Positions 1-8,930 of a stretch of 64,000 nucleotides of DNA are shown piece after piece; the stretch's first letter is position 1, and each line of letters opens with the position of its first letter. The notes beneath the pieces are model-generated. The model had not been told where the DNA came from. It saw only the letters and a program-made list of their open reading frames with translations, and searched no databases. Origin of the DNA: a virus; the IMG/VR virus record IMGVR_UViG_3300029258_003546, positions 1 to 64,000 of that record. One strand, given 5' to 3'. The position numbers and the translations under genes are program-made.

Positions 1-58
1 GACAGGTCTGCTGCAGGCGCCGGGGTGGGGAATCCCGGCCGATTTTGTCAAGGAGGAG

Positions 59-694
59 ATGATGAACCAGGAAGAGCTGAAGAAGGTGCTGGACAAGCAC
101 AGAATCTGGATAGCTACACGTCAAGAGCAGGGCGAAAGGGCCAACCTGGTCGGGGCCAACCTGGCCGGGATCAACCTGGACGGGACTGATCTGATCGAGG
201 CCAATCTGCGCGGGGCTGATCTGCGCAGAGCCAACATGGACGGGGCTGATCTGCGCGGGGCCAATCTGCGCGGGGCCAATCTGATCGAGGCCAATCTGCG
301 CGGGGCCAATCTGATCGAGGCCAATTTGTGCGGGATCATCGTCTCTTATCTCACTGCCGGCATCCATCCGGCACCTGAAGGTGAGTTGATTGCCTGGAAG
401 AAACTGTTGGACGACAGGCTGTGCAAGTTGCGCATCCCGGCGGATGCCCGCCGTAGCTGCGCAACCACTCGCAAGTTTCGCAGCGACTACGTTGTTGTTT
501 TAGAAGGTGAGGGGTACACGCAGTATTGCGGGCTTCGTACCGAGTACCGTCCGGGTGAGCGTATAGACGCAGACAGCTGGGACCCCTGCCGCTGGCATGA
601 ATGCTCGAACGGTATTCACTGGTTCCTAACCAGAGAAGAGGCTGAATCTTGGCGGACTTACTGTGCAAGTCCAGCAATTCTTCCAGACCACTAA
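59..694 (+). CDS. Pentapeptide-repeat protein with phage C-terminal domain (DUF5758-like)
   Basis: Tandem A(N/D)LxG pentapeptides; C-terminal 'KLRIPADARRS..TRKFR...D.W.ECSNGIHWF' typical of phage DUF5758; AGGAGG RBS. Confidence 0.85.
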   Translation: MMNQEELKKVLDKHRIWIATRQEQGERANLVGANLAGINLDGTDLIEANLRGADLRRANMDGADLRGANLRGANLIEANLRGANLIEANLCGIIVSYLTAGIHPAPEGELIAWKKLLDDRLCKLRIPADARRSCATTRKFRSDYVVVLEGEGYTQYCGLRTEYRPGERIDADSWDPCRWHECSNGIHWFLTREEAESWRTYCASPAILPDH

Positions 695-729
695 GAGCAG
701 GCTTTAACGGCCGAAAGGAGTCGCAGAGC

Positions 730-1152
730 ATGGACAAGGACGATACTCGTTTACGCATTTGCGAGAATTGTAAGTTCTGGCAAATGCCAGATTTGGCCGG
801 GAACCTGAATCTGGCTGCAGGTGAGTGCCATCGCCGGTGCTCGGCGTTTCCGGCGAGGAAGGCAAACGAGTGGTGTGGCGAATGGGAAGCTAACATCAGC
901 AAATTTGCTGATGTTGGTCCGGGCTACTACTGGTTCTGGGACGAATCAAGGGCTGCACACGGCGCTACCATCGTCAGAGCAGGCGCATGGGTTCCTGTCA
1001 GAATTCAGAAAGACGAGTTTACTGATTGTCTTGTGGTTGTAGGCTTGGACGAGTTGTATCAGGAGGCATGTACGTTTCCTGCAACGTACTTCCGTCCGCT
1101 GGACGACCCGCCGGCAAATCCGCCGGCTTGTTCAAAAGGAGAAGAAACATGA
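730..1152 (+). CDS. Hypothetical protein with CxxC...GEC...WCGEW motif
   Basis: ORF with AAGGAG RBS before ATG 730. Confidence 0.6.
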   Translation: MDKDDTRLRICENCKFWQMPDLAGNLNLAAGECHRRCSAFPARKANEWCGEWEANISKFADVGPGYYWFWDESRAAHGATIVRAGAWVPVRIQKDEFTDCLVVVGLDELYQEACTFPATYFRPLDDPPANPPACSKGEET

Positions 1153-1352
1153 TAGCCAGATGTGGTTGCCGGCATCCGGCGCAGGACAAGCTGCACGGCG
1201 AAGGTTGCCGTGTTTTCAATCCGTGCAAAGTGTCGGTCGGTGGAAAGCCTGGCATGCGTTGCACAGTGTGCGGGCGTGTGGCGGCTAGGTCAGAGGCTAT
1301 ACGCGGCTATGCGCCACGCGAGCCGCAACAGAAAGGACAGAAGAAATGCTGA
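1149..1352 (+). CDS. Small Cys-rich (zinc-ribbon-like) hypothetical protein
   Basis: RBS AGGAG, CxC and CxxC motifs. Confidence 0.55.
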   Translation: MIARCGCRHPAQDKLHGEGCRVFNPCKVSVGGKPGMRCTVCGRVAARSEAIRGYAPREPQQKGQKKC

Positions 1353-1573
1353 TGCTGCACGAAGTAATGGAGCATTACGGAAATATCGTCCGGGCGGCGT
1401 GTGCATATCGCCAAGCATACGCGTGTATAGAAGGCAGCGAGTGCATACAGCTGCCTACTGGCATGAAGGAGAAAGTTGCTCAAGCACACGCACATCTGCT
1501 AGAAGTTATAGACGCAGCTAGGGCAGCTGGCGTGATGATATCATCTGGGGCCGGGGCAAGCGCCGTTGGGTAA
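1346..1573 (+). CDS. Hypothetical protein (IDAARxAG C-terminal module)
   Basis: ORF overlapping the previous stop; shares its C-terminal motif with 4146-4430 and 4698-4976. Confidence 0.5.
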   Translation: MLMLHEVMEHYGNIVRAACAYRQAYACIEGSECIQLPTGMKEKVAQAHAHLLEVIDAARAAGVMISSGAGASAVG

Positions 1574-1592
1574 AGATAGAAAGGATAGAGCA

Positions 1593-1779
1593 ATGAGCAA
1601 CCTGTACAAGGAATACCCGCTGCCGTGGCACACCTACTCGGGTGGCTGCGACAAGCTGTGGCAGATCGACGCGGCGAATGGTAACCGTGTCACGTCGTCG
1701 CTGGAGGAGGACCTGGCGGCGAGGCGGTGCGAATCGAACAGATGAAGGCCGCCCTGGCCAAACTGGAGGAAAGCAATGA
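1593..1779 (+). pseudogene. Internally deleted/frameshifted paralog of 1776-2072 and 2065-2349
   Basis: Starts MSNLYKEYPLPW like the paralogs and stops at 1745; the ALAKLE tail follows in another frame. Confidence 0.45.
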
Positions 1780-2072
1780 GTGACTTGTTCGACGAGCGCC
1801 CGCTACCGTGGCGGATATCAAGACCGCCGACCGGATCGCGAGTGGTAGATGCAAACGGGCGACTAGTCTACTGGCAAGGGGGAATCCCCGACGATGTGTT
1901 TGAGGCGGGTGTGACGTGCTTCAACGCCTGCGCGGGTATCGCCAACCCGGAGGCGATACCGGAACTGATTGAGGCAGTGCGACGCCTACGCCCTCGCCTG
2001 AAGTACATGAGCGAGGGCGCTGCGCGGGACACATTGGTCGCCCTGGCCAAGCTGGAGGGCAACGATGAGTGA
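1776..2072 (+). CDS. Hypothetical protein, paralog 1 (LPW...NACAGI.NPEAIPELI...ALAKLEG)
   Basis: GGAGG RBS; tandem paralog of the next gene. Confidence 0.7.
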   Translation: MSDLFDERPLPWRISRPPTGSRVVDANGRLVYWQGGIPDDVFEAGVTCFNACAGIANPEAIPELIEAVRRLRPRLKYMSEGAARDTLVALAKLEGNDE

Positions 2073-2349
2073 CGACGACCTACACCTGCCGTGGATTGCC
2101 GAGACCAACGGGCTAGGCCGGAGCTGCGTGCGCGACTCGCTGGGGCGTAGTCGCTTTCTCTGCAACTCCAGGCGCGACGCCGAGTATGCAGTCGCCTGTG
2201 CCAACGCCTGCGCGGGGATCAACCCGGAGGCGATTCCGGAGTTGATCCAGACGGTTCGACACGTTCTGGATTTTCACATGTGGGATGGGCGGGTTCGGGA
2301 GGATCAACTAATGGCCGCCCTGGCCAAGCTGGAGGGTGACGATGAGTAG
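2065..2349 (+). CDS. Hypothetical protein, paralog 2
   Basis: Shares NACAGINPEAIPELI and ALAKLEG with the previous gene. Confidence 0.7.
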   Translation: MSDDDLHLPWIAETNGLGRSCVRDSLGRSRFLCNSRRDAEYAVACANACAGINPEAIPELIQTVRHVLDFHMWDGRVREDQLMAALAKLEGDDE

Positions 2350-2611
2350 CTGGCATACCCGCTGCGCCCACTGCGGCAAGCCCGCCCTGCTACAACAGGT
2401 CCTCAAGTGCGCCGTCTGCGGGCGCGTGTTCTCGAAGAACTGGTGTGGGGTGGCTCGTCAATATGTAGACGACCTCGACGCTACGGATTGCAGCAGGATC
2501 GATGCTGTCGAGTTGCTTGCCCAAGACGCGGCAAGGCGTTCTGCCCGGATCATCGGGTAACGGAGTCGGAGGACGACCTGCTGGAACTTGGGATTGTTTT
2601 GGAGACCGACG

Positions 2612-2929
2612 ATGGCTGAACACATTGAATGTACAGAGACTTATCGCGGCTGGGCACTAAAGATTACCAATAGCGGTACAGAACGCAGCCTGTTTGCCAA
2701 CTATGCCTTCTGTCTTGGAGGCGGTGGAATCCCAGAACCAAAAGAGGTTGGTGTGATGGGCCGCGTAGATATCGACGTGCGTCTATATGGCAAGCGGATG
2801 ATGGCATCGCAACCATGCCCTCTCAACTTCAACGATTCTCAGGAGCAGGCGCTGGCTTTGTTGCGGCGTACTGTAGATGAGATCATCGCCACGCTGCAAG
2901 CACAGTGGAAGGAGGCCGACGATGGATAG
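2612..2929 (+). CDS. Hypothetical protein
   Basis: ORF in a translationally coupled run, GGAG RBS. Confidence 0.55.
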   Translation: MAEHIECTETYRGWALKITNSGTERSLFANYAFCLGGGGIPEPKEVGVMGRVDIDVRLYGKRMMASQPCPLNFNDSQEQALALLRRTVDEIIATLQAQWKEADDG

Positions 2930-3581
2930 GAACCGGGCGATTGAACTGCTCGATTACATGGCCCGTGGAAAGTCCGATTTCCTCGGCGGTCGGGGCTGGC
3001 TGATTCGTAAGAATCGCCGCGAGGCGCTTGTGATGGCCTGCGATGCGCTGCGGACACCCGACCTTGAGGTAGATATAGTAGCAGCTAAGGCCGATCTTCA
3101 TACGCAGAAATGCCGTGTTCGGGAACTGGAGGCCGAACTGGAGCGGCTGCGGGCCGAGGTGCCCAAACCCAGGTTCGAGGTGGGGGGATGGGTGCGACCA
3201 ACCCTCCAGGTGGACGGACAGTCCCAGGGCGGCCAGGTGAGATCACGTGAACTGATCTGGCTCTACCACTACGACCCGGAGCAGACAGCAGGCGAATCAT
3301 TCCTTGAACCCACCGACCCGCCGGGGCCGGAGTCTGACGCCGCTCTGTGCAGAACGAACGATTGGGAAGTAGGAACCTACCTAGCCGGCGACGAGGGTTA
3401 CGGGGAGACGGTGATACAGATTACTGCCATAGGTGAGTGCAAGATTCTGGCTCGGCAGATTAGCCATCGCGGGGCTCCCTGCCCGCAGCCAGAAGGACCG
3501 TGGACGCTGGAGTACCGCGACTGGCGCAAGGTCGAAGCGCCAAGCCGGGCGGCCAAGACGGAGGTTGACGATGGCGACTGA
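2922..3581 (+). CDS. Hypothetical protein (coiled coil plus C-terminal domain)
   Basis: AGGAGG RBS; coupled to its neighbours. Confidence 0.6.
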   Translation: MDRNRAIELLDYMARGKSDFLGGRGWLIRKNRREALVMACDALRTPDLEVDIVAAKADLHTQKCRVRELEAELERLRAEVPKPRFEVGGWVRPTLQVDGQSQGGQVRSRELIWLYHYDPEQTAGESFLEPTDPPGPESDAALCRTNDWEVGTYLAGDEGYGETVIQITAIGECKILARQISHRGAPCPQPEGPWTLEYRDWRKVEAPSRAAKTEVDDGD

Positions 3582-4131
3582 GCAGGAGACTCTGATCTGT
3601 GAAATCTGCGGCGGCGATGAGGATGTTATCAACGGGCTGTGCGAGAACTGCGACCATGAGCAACACGTCTATTGCCATATCTGCGAAGAGGTCGTGGAGG
3701 GCGGAGCGTGCCGGCACGTGTTTTGGGATGAGGTTGATTGCTGGGTGGGTCCTGGGCTGACCGGGACGTGCGACACCAGCGTGAAGCACGCCAAGGCATC
3801 TGTCTGGCGCGTGCTGGACTGGACAGGTCTCGCCCACGACTTCCTCAAGCGGCTGGAGAGCAACACGATCAACCTGTACTGCATGGGCTACCTGCTAGGC
3901 GGCCCGGAGGACTGGTATCTGAACGATCTGGAGATCCGGGCGTTTGGGTGCCTGCACAGCCGTAGATGGGTAAATGAGGACGCAATAGAGGAGATGCAGC
4001 TGGGCATGGGTTGGCTGGCATCGCTGGGCGAGGACACGCCGGAGGCGAATCAGCAGATTGCAGGGTGGGTTCGAGAGTACCTAGCCGCATACCCGCAGAG
4101 TCTGTGGCCACGTGGCCGTAGACTCGCATAG
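3571..4131 (+). CDS. Cys-rich (zinc-binding) hypothetical protein
   Basis: Three CxxC motifs; GGAGG RBS. Confidence 0.6.
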   Translation: MATEQETLICEICGGDEDVINGLCENCDHEQHVYCHICEEVVEGGACRHVFWDEVDCWVGPGLTGTCDTSVKHAKASVWRVLDWTGLAHDFLKRLESNTINLYCMGYLLGGPEDWYLNDLEIRAFGCLHSRRWVNEDAIEEMQLGMGWLASLGEDTPEANQQIAGWVREYLAAYPQSLWPRGRRLA

Positions 4132-4145
4132 AGAGGAGGGCGACG

Positions 4146-4430
4146 ATGAGACCGGATAGGTGCGAGACGTGCATACACTGGCACTCATTGGCGGGCCGTC
4201 TAGGGGCGTGCTGTCACTCGCCAAATACCACGCTCAAGTTCGCCGATAGCTTTTGCGGCCAATGGCAGCCCGTCGCCCCCCTGGCCGAGGTGCTGGAGGC
4301 GGCGCTTGAGATATATGATGCGTGGCGCTGCCATGAACCGCCCGCACCGGATGAGCTTGTACGACTATGCCAAGCCATCGACGCCGCGAGGGAGGCGGGG
4401 GCGCTGGGAGAAAAAGATGGCTCGGGTTAG
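4146..4430 (+). CDS. Hypothetical protein (LAEVLEAA...AIDAAR module)
   Basis: AGGAGG RBS; shares DNA tggccgaggtgctggaggcggcg with 4698-4976. Confidence 0.6.
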   Translation: MRPDRCETCIHWHSLAGRLGACCHSPNTTLKFADSFCGQWQPVAPLAEVLEAALEIYDAWRCHEPPAPDELVRLCQAIDAAREAGALGEKDGSG

Positions 4431-4697
4431 CTGCTGGCATTGCGGCGTCGCGGTTGGACGACGCACCGATGTCTGCCCCAATTGCTATCGGCGGCAGTCC
4501 TGTGATCGCTGTGGTCGCTCCCTGGTCTTGGAGGCTGGGAGATGCGTACAGTGCAATAGATTAGTTCCTCTCATTGCCGCCCGCGAGGCGGAGGCGCTGA
4601 AAGGAGCCAACGATGAGACCGGATAGGACGTGCAAGACGTTTGTTGACGCCATCGATGCAGCCAGGAAGGCGGGGGTTTTACCAATGGAGGGTAAGA

Positions 4698-4976
4698 ATG
4701 AAGACAAGTGAAGCAGAAGCAATTGCCTATCTTGATGCGATGCTTGAAGGCAGGCCCATCGAGGGAACATGGAGTATATACGCCGAACGTTGTGAGGCCA
4801 TCAAGCTCGGTCGTCACGCTTTGTGGCGTATGCTGAAGTTGGCCGAGGTGCTGGAGGCGGCGGCAGAGTGGCGGGATACTCATGCGTTGCGAACGCAGCA
4901 TGGCGTAGCGTGCCGCCGCTTGTTCAACGCCATTGACGCCGCCCGCAAGGCGGGAGTGCTGCCGGAGGACGAATGA
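4698..4976 (+). CDS. Hypothetical protein (LAEVLEAA...AIDAAR module)
   Basis: GGAGG RBS; module shared with 4146-4430. Confidence 0.6.
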   Translation: MKTSEAEAIAYLDAMLEGRPIEGTWSIYAERCEAIKLGRHALWRMLKLAEVLEAAAEWRDTHALRTQHGVACRRLFNAIDAARKAGVLPEDE

Positions 4977-5254
4977 GCCAGGAGCCAAGACCAATGATCA
5001 AACGCCCACAGATCAAGAAAGATGCTGAAGACGAGATCCTCTACCGAGTCCAACGCTGGCTGGAAATGCGCCTACGGCAGAAGGGCCGCAGACAGCTAGC
5101 AAGCCGCCATGAACTGCTCGGGATACTGGACGAGGAGATGGCGGAGTTGCGCGAGGCCGTGCATTCCGGGACCCGTGCGGCGATTGACTCGGAATGCCTT
5201 GATGTAGCGGTCGCCGCGATCATGGGGCTACTGAGTCCCGATTGGGGTTGGTAA
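4973..5254 (+). CDS. MazG-like NTP pyrophosphohydrolase
   Basis: EExxELxEA ... ECLDVAV acidic helix pattern. Confidence 0.55.
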   Translation: MSQEPRPMIKRPQIKKDAEDEILYRVQRWLEMRLRQKGRRQLASRHELLGILDEEMAELREAVHSGTRAAIDSECLDVAVAAIMGLLSPDWGW

Positions 5255-5352
5255 TGGCTGAGGAGCCAAACAGTACGGCGATGACTGAACCCGCCTGGAC
5301 ACACGGGACGGATGGGCGAAAACAAGTTGTGTGAGGACTGCGGCTATAATCA

Positions 5353-5544
5353 GCTCCGGCACTACCATTCCCGCCGATGACATGTTACTGCCCCTGAGCG
5401 TGCTGGAGCACAACTTGATTCCAGGCATATATATCACCCTCTATGAGCTGGCCACACGGGCAGAATATGTCTGGATTTCAGTTTGGTGGTTCCAGCGCGC
5501 CAGCAGAAGTGAGTCCGGCCATGATACGCGAGCGCGCTGGAACC
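5353..5544 (+). ncRNA. Orphan stem-loop TIGR-like guide array (3 clear units)
   Basis: Hairpins 5353-5409, 5420-5475 and 5488-5544 each enclose (C/T)CA-N8-GA(G/T)-loop-(CCA/TTA)-N8-GA(G/A); same grammar as the 14952-15381 array. Confidence 0.75.
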
Positions 5545-5851
5545 TCGGTTGAAGCTGTCCGGCAGAAGGCTGGCGTCAACGTCAGCCGGTAACAGAGGCC
5601 GCTGAGTACCTATGCACCAGCCTGGGTTAAATATCGGGCTCTCCCGAGGCGTACACGGTGCCCAGACTGCTGATCAGCCAGCGCAGGCTGTTCAGAGCAT
5701 CTGGCCAGGTCGGAATCTCAGCATCTGTCGGAACAGTCCATGAAAGGCTTTGGTCTCGGATTGTTTCTAGGTGAGACAATGCGAGCTGAGAGGCCTAGCT
5801 CTCAGGTGGCGGATCAAAATTGAATATCTGCCATTCCAAGGTCTTTCGTGT

Positions 5852-5972
5852 TGTAGAGCAGCTTGGGCGCAGAAGGGCTTGGCTTCCACTGCCCGCTGGG
5901 TATGGCGATATGTGGATCGCCATTAGCGGTACGGGTTGCAATTTAAGAGCCTGGAGCTCAAGCTGCTCTACA
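5852..5972 (+). ncRNA. Long-stem structured element upstream of the Ro60 operon
   Basis: tgtagagcagcttgggc pairs with gctcaagctgctctaca, followed by T6; internal hairpin ggcgat/atcgcc. Confidence 0.45.
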
Positions 5973-5993
5973 TTTTTTAGGAAGGAGGAGAAG

Positions 5994-6419
5994 ATGAAGT
6001 TCATCATGGAAGTGGAAGTGGAAGGCGATCTGATAGTACCAGGTCGTACTGATCAGGTAAATACCTGCGTGCTCCTCTCCTTGTTAAGCGAAGCCTGCGG
6101 CGAAATTGAGCGGCGCGCTGATTACCATCGTGGGTATGATTATCACGGCGGGGAGCCGGAGAAGGCCGCTCTCAAGCTCGGCGATAGCGGTGAGCTCGTT
6201 GGGTCTGAGAATCTGTTCCTTGGTGGTTTACAAGGAACCGTCAAGTGGGAAGTGGCCGAGTCTGCCGTTAAAAAAGGAAGGGAGGACGTGAAATGCCAGA
6301 CAAGAAGTTGTTTTCGTCTGCTCCTGGGAAGCATATTCCCAGGACTGATACAGTCAACGAAGCAGGCGGTACTGCGTATGCGTTCACGGTGCGTCACGCG
6401 CTTGCGCAGTTGGCTGTAA
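5994..6419 (+). CDS. Hypothetical protein
   Basis: AGGAGG RBS before ATG 5994; 3' end overlaps the TROVE gene. Confidence 0.5.
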   Translation: MKFIMEVEVEGDLIVPGRTDQVNTCVLLSLLSEACGEIERRADYHRGYDYHGGEPEKAALKLGDSGELVGSENLFLGGLQGTVKWEVAESAVKKGREDVKCQTRSCFRLLLGSIFPGLIQSTKQAVLRMRSRCVTRLRSWL

Positions 6420-7867
6420 CCGGCACTCTGCCGGGTGGTGGTTCGTACTACAAATCAGGTCAAGACGGCCTGAAAGAGGCGCTGAACACGGCCGCAAAGT
6501 GCGAAGCCGGCTGGATTGCCAAGTGCGCGATCTACGCGGCAGAGCATGGCATGAAGGACATGCCTGCTTTGCTACTAGCGTACCTCAGCACCTGTGATAT
6601 CGCACTGACGGAAACCGTGTTTCCAAGGATAGTACATAACAGCCGCATGTTGCGCGGCTTCTGTCAGATTCTCAGATCGGATGTCGTTGGTCGTAAGAGC
6701 TTTGGCCGCGTGCTCAAGCGATGTATCAGACAGTGGCTTGATAGCCGGTCTGAGTATCAGCTGTTTGGTGACGCTGTAGGTGGCAAGTCCGCCGGCGGCG
6801 TGAGCATAGCCGACATCATCAAGATGGTGCATCCCAAGCCGGCGAATGCCGAGCGAGAGGCGCTGTACGGCTATATCATCGGCAAAGAAGGCGTGCCAGA
6901 CGTTGTCAGAGCGTACGAGGCCTTCAAGGCCGGCGAGACAGAGGAGCTGCCAAACGTTCGCTGGGAGCTGTTGACAGCGCTGGATCTCAAGCCTGAGCAC
7001 TGGAAGCTCATAGCTCGTCGTGCCGGTTGGCGGCAAGCTGTCAAGCAGCTCAACACGTTTCATCGTCATCAGGTTCTGGATGATCCTGAAACGGTTGAGA
7101 TTCTTGCTCAAAAGATTGCCGACGAAGAGACGATCAGCAAGCTCAAGCCGTTTCCTCACGAGCTGGTGTCGGCGTACAAGTTCGGCATAACCGCTCCACA
7201 GCCGATTTTGGATGCGCTGCACGCCGCTATGGAATACGTAACTGCGTATGTGAAAGTTCCAGCTGGAAAGGTGTTGCTGGGTGTGGACGTGTCTGGCTCG
7301 ATGGGCTCCCCGGTTACAGGTTGGCGGGGTTCGGCAACCGGTAAGCTTTGTTGCACCGACGTGGCTTGCTTGCTGGCCGCTGTCGTGGCGAAGCGGAATC
7401 CTGACGCACAAGTGATTCCGTTCGACACGAAGCGGTACGATATACGGATCGACCGCATGAATCCGATTTTGACTACTGCTGAGCAGCTTAGTCAGCGGGG
7501 AGGCGGAGGAACGTCAGTTTCGATTCCCCTGGCTTGGGCGTTGGACACTGGTTTCGAGCCAGATCATGTTATTCTGCTCAGTGACAACGAGTCCTGGGCG
7601 GATTCGCGTGGCTCCTCAGCCGCTACCAAAACAATGCGGTGTTTCCGCCAGCTGCAGCAGAAGGTTCCACATCTGCGCATGGTGTGCTTGGATCTTCAGC
7701 CTGACACTAGTACCCAGGCAGCGGACGAAGCTGATGTCCTGAATCTGGGCGGCTGGAGCAATCAGCTCTGGTCTGTAATCGTTGATTTTCTGGAGCACGG
7801 TCAGAATCCGGATGATCCTAATCTCTGGCTTCAGGAGATTGATGCGATTACAATAGACGGACAGTAG
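6293..7867 (+). CDS. rsr: Ro60/Rsr (TROVE + vWA) RNA-binding protein
   Basis: N-terminal 'NEAGG.AY..LAQLAVTG', 'MKDMPALL', 'GRKSFG', 'DIIKMVHPKP'; vWA MIDAS DVSGSM, GGGT, SDNESW. Confidence 0.95.
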   Translation: MPDKKLFSSAPGKHIPRTDTVNEAGGTAYAFTVRHALAQLAVTGTLPGGGSYYKSGQDGLKEALNTAAKCEAGWIAKCAIYAAEHGMKDMPALLLAYLSTCDIALTETVFPRIVHNSRMLRGFCQILRSDVVGRKSFGRVLKRCIRQWLDSRSEYQLFGDAVGGKSAGGVSIADIIKMVHPKPANAEREALYGYIIGKEGVPDVVRAYEAFKAGETEELPNVRWELLTALDLKPEHWKLIARRAGWRQAVKQLNTFHRHQVLDDPETVEILAQKIADEETISKLKPFPHELVSAYKFGITAPQPILDALHAAMEYVTAYVKVPAGKVLLGVDVSGSMGSPVTGWRGSATGKLCCTDVACLLAAVVAKRNPDAQVIPFDTKRYDIRIDRMNPILTTAEQLSQRGGGGTSVSIPLAWALDTGFEPDHVILLSDNESWADSRGSSAATKTMRCFRQLQQKVPHLRMVCLDLQPDTSTQAADEADVLNLGGWSNQLWSVIVDFLEHGQNPDDPNLWLQEIDAITIDGQ

Positions 7868-7871
7868 GCAT

Positions 7872-8011
7872 TGAAGTGGAATGCAGTGTGGTCTACATGC
7901 TTTGTAAGCCCGCGGTTGCCGGTTCGAGTCCGGTCCGCCCTGCCACCAACTCGGGGCGGTAGTTCAATTGGTAGAATACGGAAAGTGACCACGCGCTTCT
8001 TGTCCACTTCA
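7872..8011 (+). ncRNA. YrlA-like Y RNA with a circularly permuted tRNA domain
   Basis: Terminal helix tgaagtgga/tccacttca with GAATGC and CTTGTCC; internal T arm GGTTCGAGTCC, acceptor helix ccgccc/gggcgg and D arm TAGTTCAATTGGTAGAA in permuted order; directly after rsr. Confidence 0.9.
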
Positions 8012-8059
8012 TCGTTTTCAGCCGTAACGAAATGACGCTTGTTCGTTGCGGTCTCATCT

Positions 8060-8129
8060 TGGCAGGAATGCGGCTCGGTTTACATGCTACTTGATACTGC
8101 AACTGACTGAGCAACCACTTGTCCTGCCA
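8060..8129 (+). ncRNA. Y-RNA-like unit 2
   Basis: tggcagga/tcctgcca stem, GAATGC, inner stem, TACAT, ACTTGTCC. Confidence 0.8.
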
Positions 8130-8152
8130 CACGTCATCTCCTCCACGATCGT

Positions 8153-8220
8153 ACTGGAATGCAGCCTGGCGTACATGGCACAACAACGGCCAATACCCAC
8201 CAGGCAACTACTCGTCCAGT
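8153..8220 (+). ncRNA. Y-RNA-like unit 3
   Basis: actgga/tccagt stem, GAATGC, gcctgg/ccaggc, TACAT, ACTCGTCC. Confidence 0.8.
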
Positions 8221-8236
8221 TTGATCGGAAGGCTCT

Positions 8237-8302
8237 GACGGGAATGCTGTGCAGTCTACATGCTGATACCATCGACATGACTGCGCAACCACTTGTCCCG
8301 TC
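8237..8302 (+). ncRNA. Y-RNA-like unit 4
   Basis: gacggga/tcccgtc stem, GAATGC, tgtgcagtc/gactgcgca, TACAT, ACTTGTCC. Confidence 0.8.
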
Positions 8303-8309
8303 TTCATAT

Positions 8310-8379
8310 TGCAACGGAATGCCGGATAGTCTACATGTTTTGAAAACACGAAAAGACTATCCATTACTTGTCCGTTGTA
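8310..8379 (+). ncRNA. Y-RNA-like unit 5
   Basis: tgcaacgga/tccgttgta stem, GAATGC, ggatagtc/gactatcc, TACAT, ACTTGTCC. Confidence 0.8.
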
Positions 8380-8406
8380 GTTGCGCATATTGGCAAAGCA
8401 GTCTGG

Positions 8407-8646
8407 GTGGGCAGCTGTGGCTGCGATTTGACTCATGCTGCGGGTGAAACTGGTGTTAGTAGCTACCCTAGGGATTCGGGAGGCCGCCAACGGCTACGGC
8501 GCGATACGACTTCTCCTAGCTCCTGGATAGTGAGGGCACTTTCAGATTCTATACCCTCCGTTTGGCTAGCAAGCGGAAGCCGGAAGACCGGCGCAGAGAG
8601 GACTCAGAGCCGGGCTAGGTCGCAAGCTCCGGCCAGCCGTCCATCA
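8407..8646 (+). ncRNA. tRNA-shaped RNA family member with long insert
   Basis: gtgggcagctgtggc ... gccgg..ccggc cagccgtcc atca; matches the ends of the 12258, 12547 and 12875 elements. Confidence 0.55.
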
Positions 8647-8651
8647 ACTTG

Positions 8652-8780
8652 CGGCGGGGAGTTCCAGACGACAATGTGGCGTTCACAGAAATACGATCGA
8701 CTCTGGCGATCTGCTGCCGACCATCCGGGCAACGCGTAGCTCTCGTCGTCAGTATGATTCGCGCATTGTCCTCCCCGCCG
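8652..8780 (+). ncRNA. Structured intergenic element
   Basis: cggcggggag/ctccccgccg outer stem plus gacaatgtg/cgcattgtc. Confidence 0.4.
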
Positions 8781-8930
8781 GCCTTTCTATCTTTACAGCT
8801 TGGGACAGGGCCGAGTCCGGATTGTATTTCCAGTTCAGCTCTGGCGTATTCATAGGATGAGATCCTACATGAAGTAAGAACACGCCAGAGCTTTCTTTTC
8901 TGATTCAGGCGTCATTCACAGGGAGAAGGC

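Noticed and set aside
139-332. 15-bp tandem DNA repeats as a regulatory or array element
   Set aside because: They simply encode the pentapeptide repeats.
7901-7981. Functional tRNA-Thr(UGU) gene
   Set aside because: The tRNA halves are in permuted order and enclosed in the Y-RNA stem, so it is better explained as the YrlA tRNA-like domain.
8046-8855. ORFs called over the Y-RNA and structured region (also 12258-13470 and 15043-15429)
   Set aside because: No RBS or recognisable protein features; they overlap RNA elements with covarying stems.
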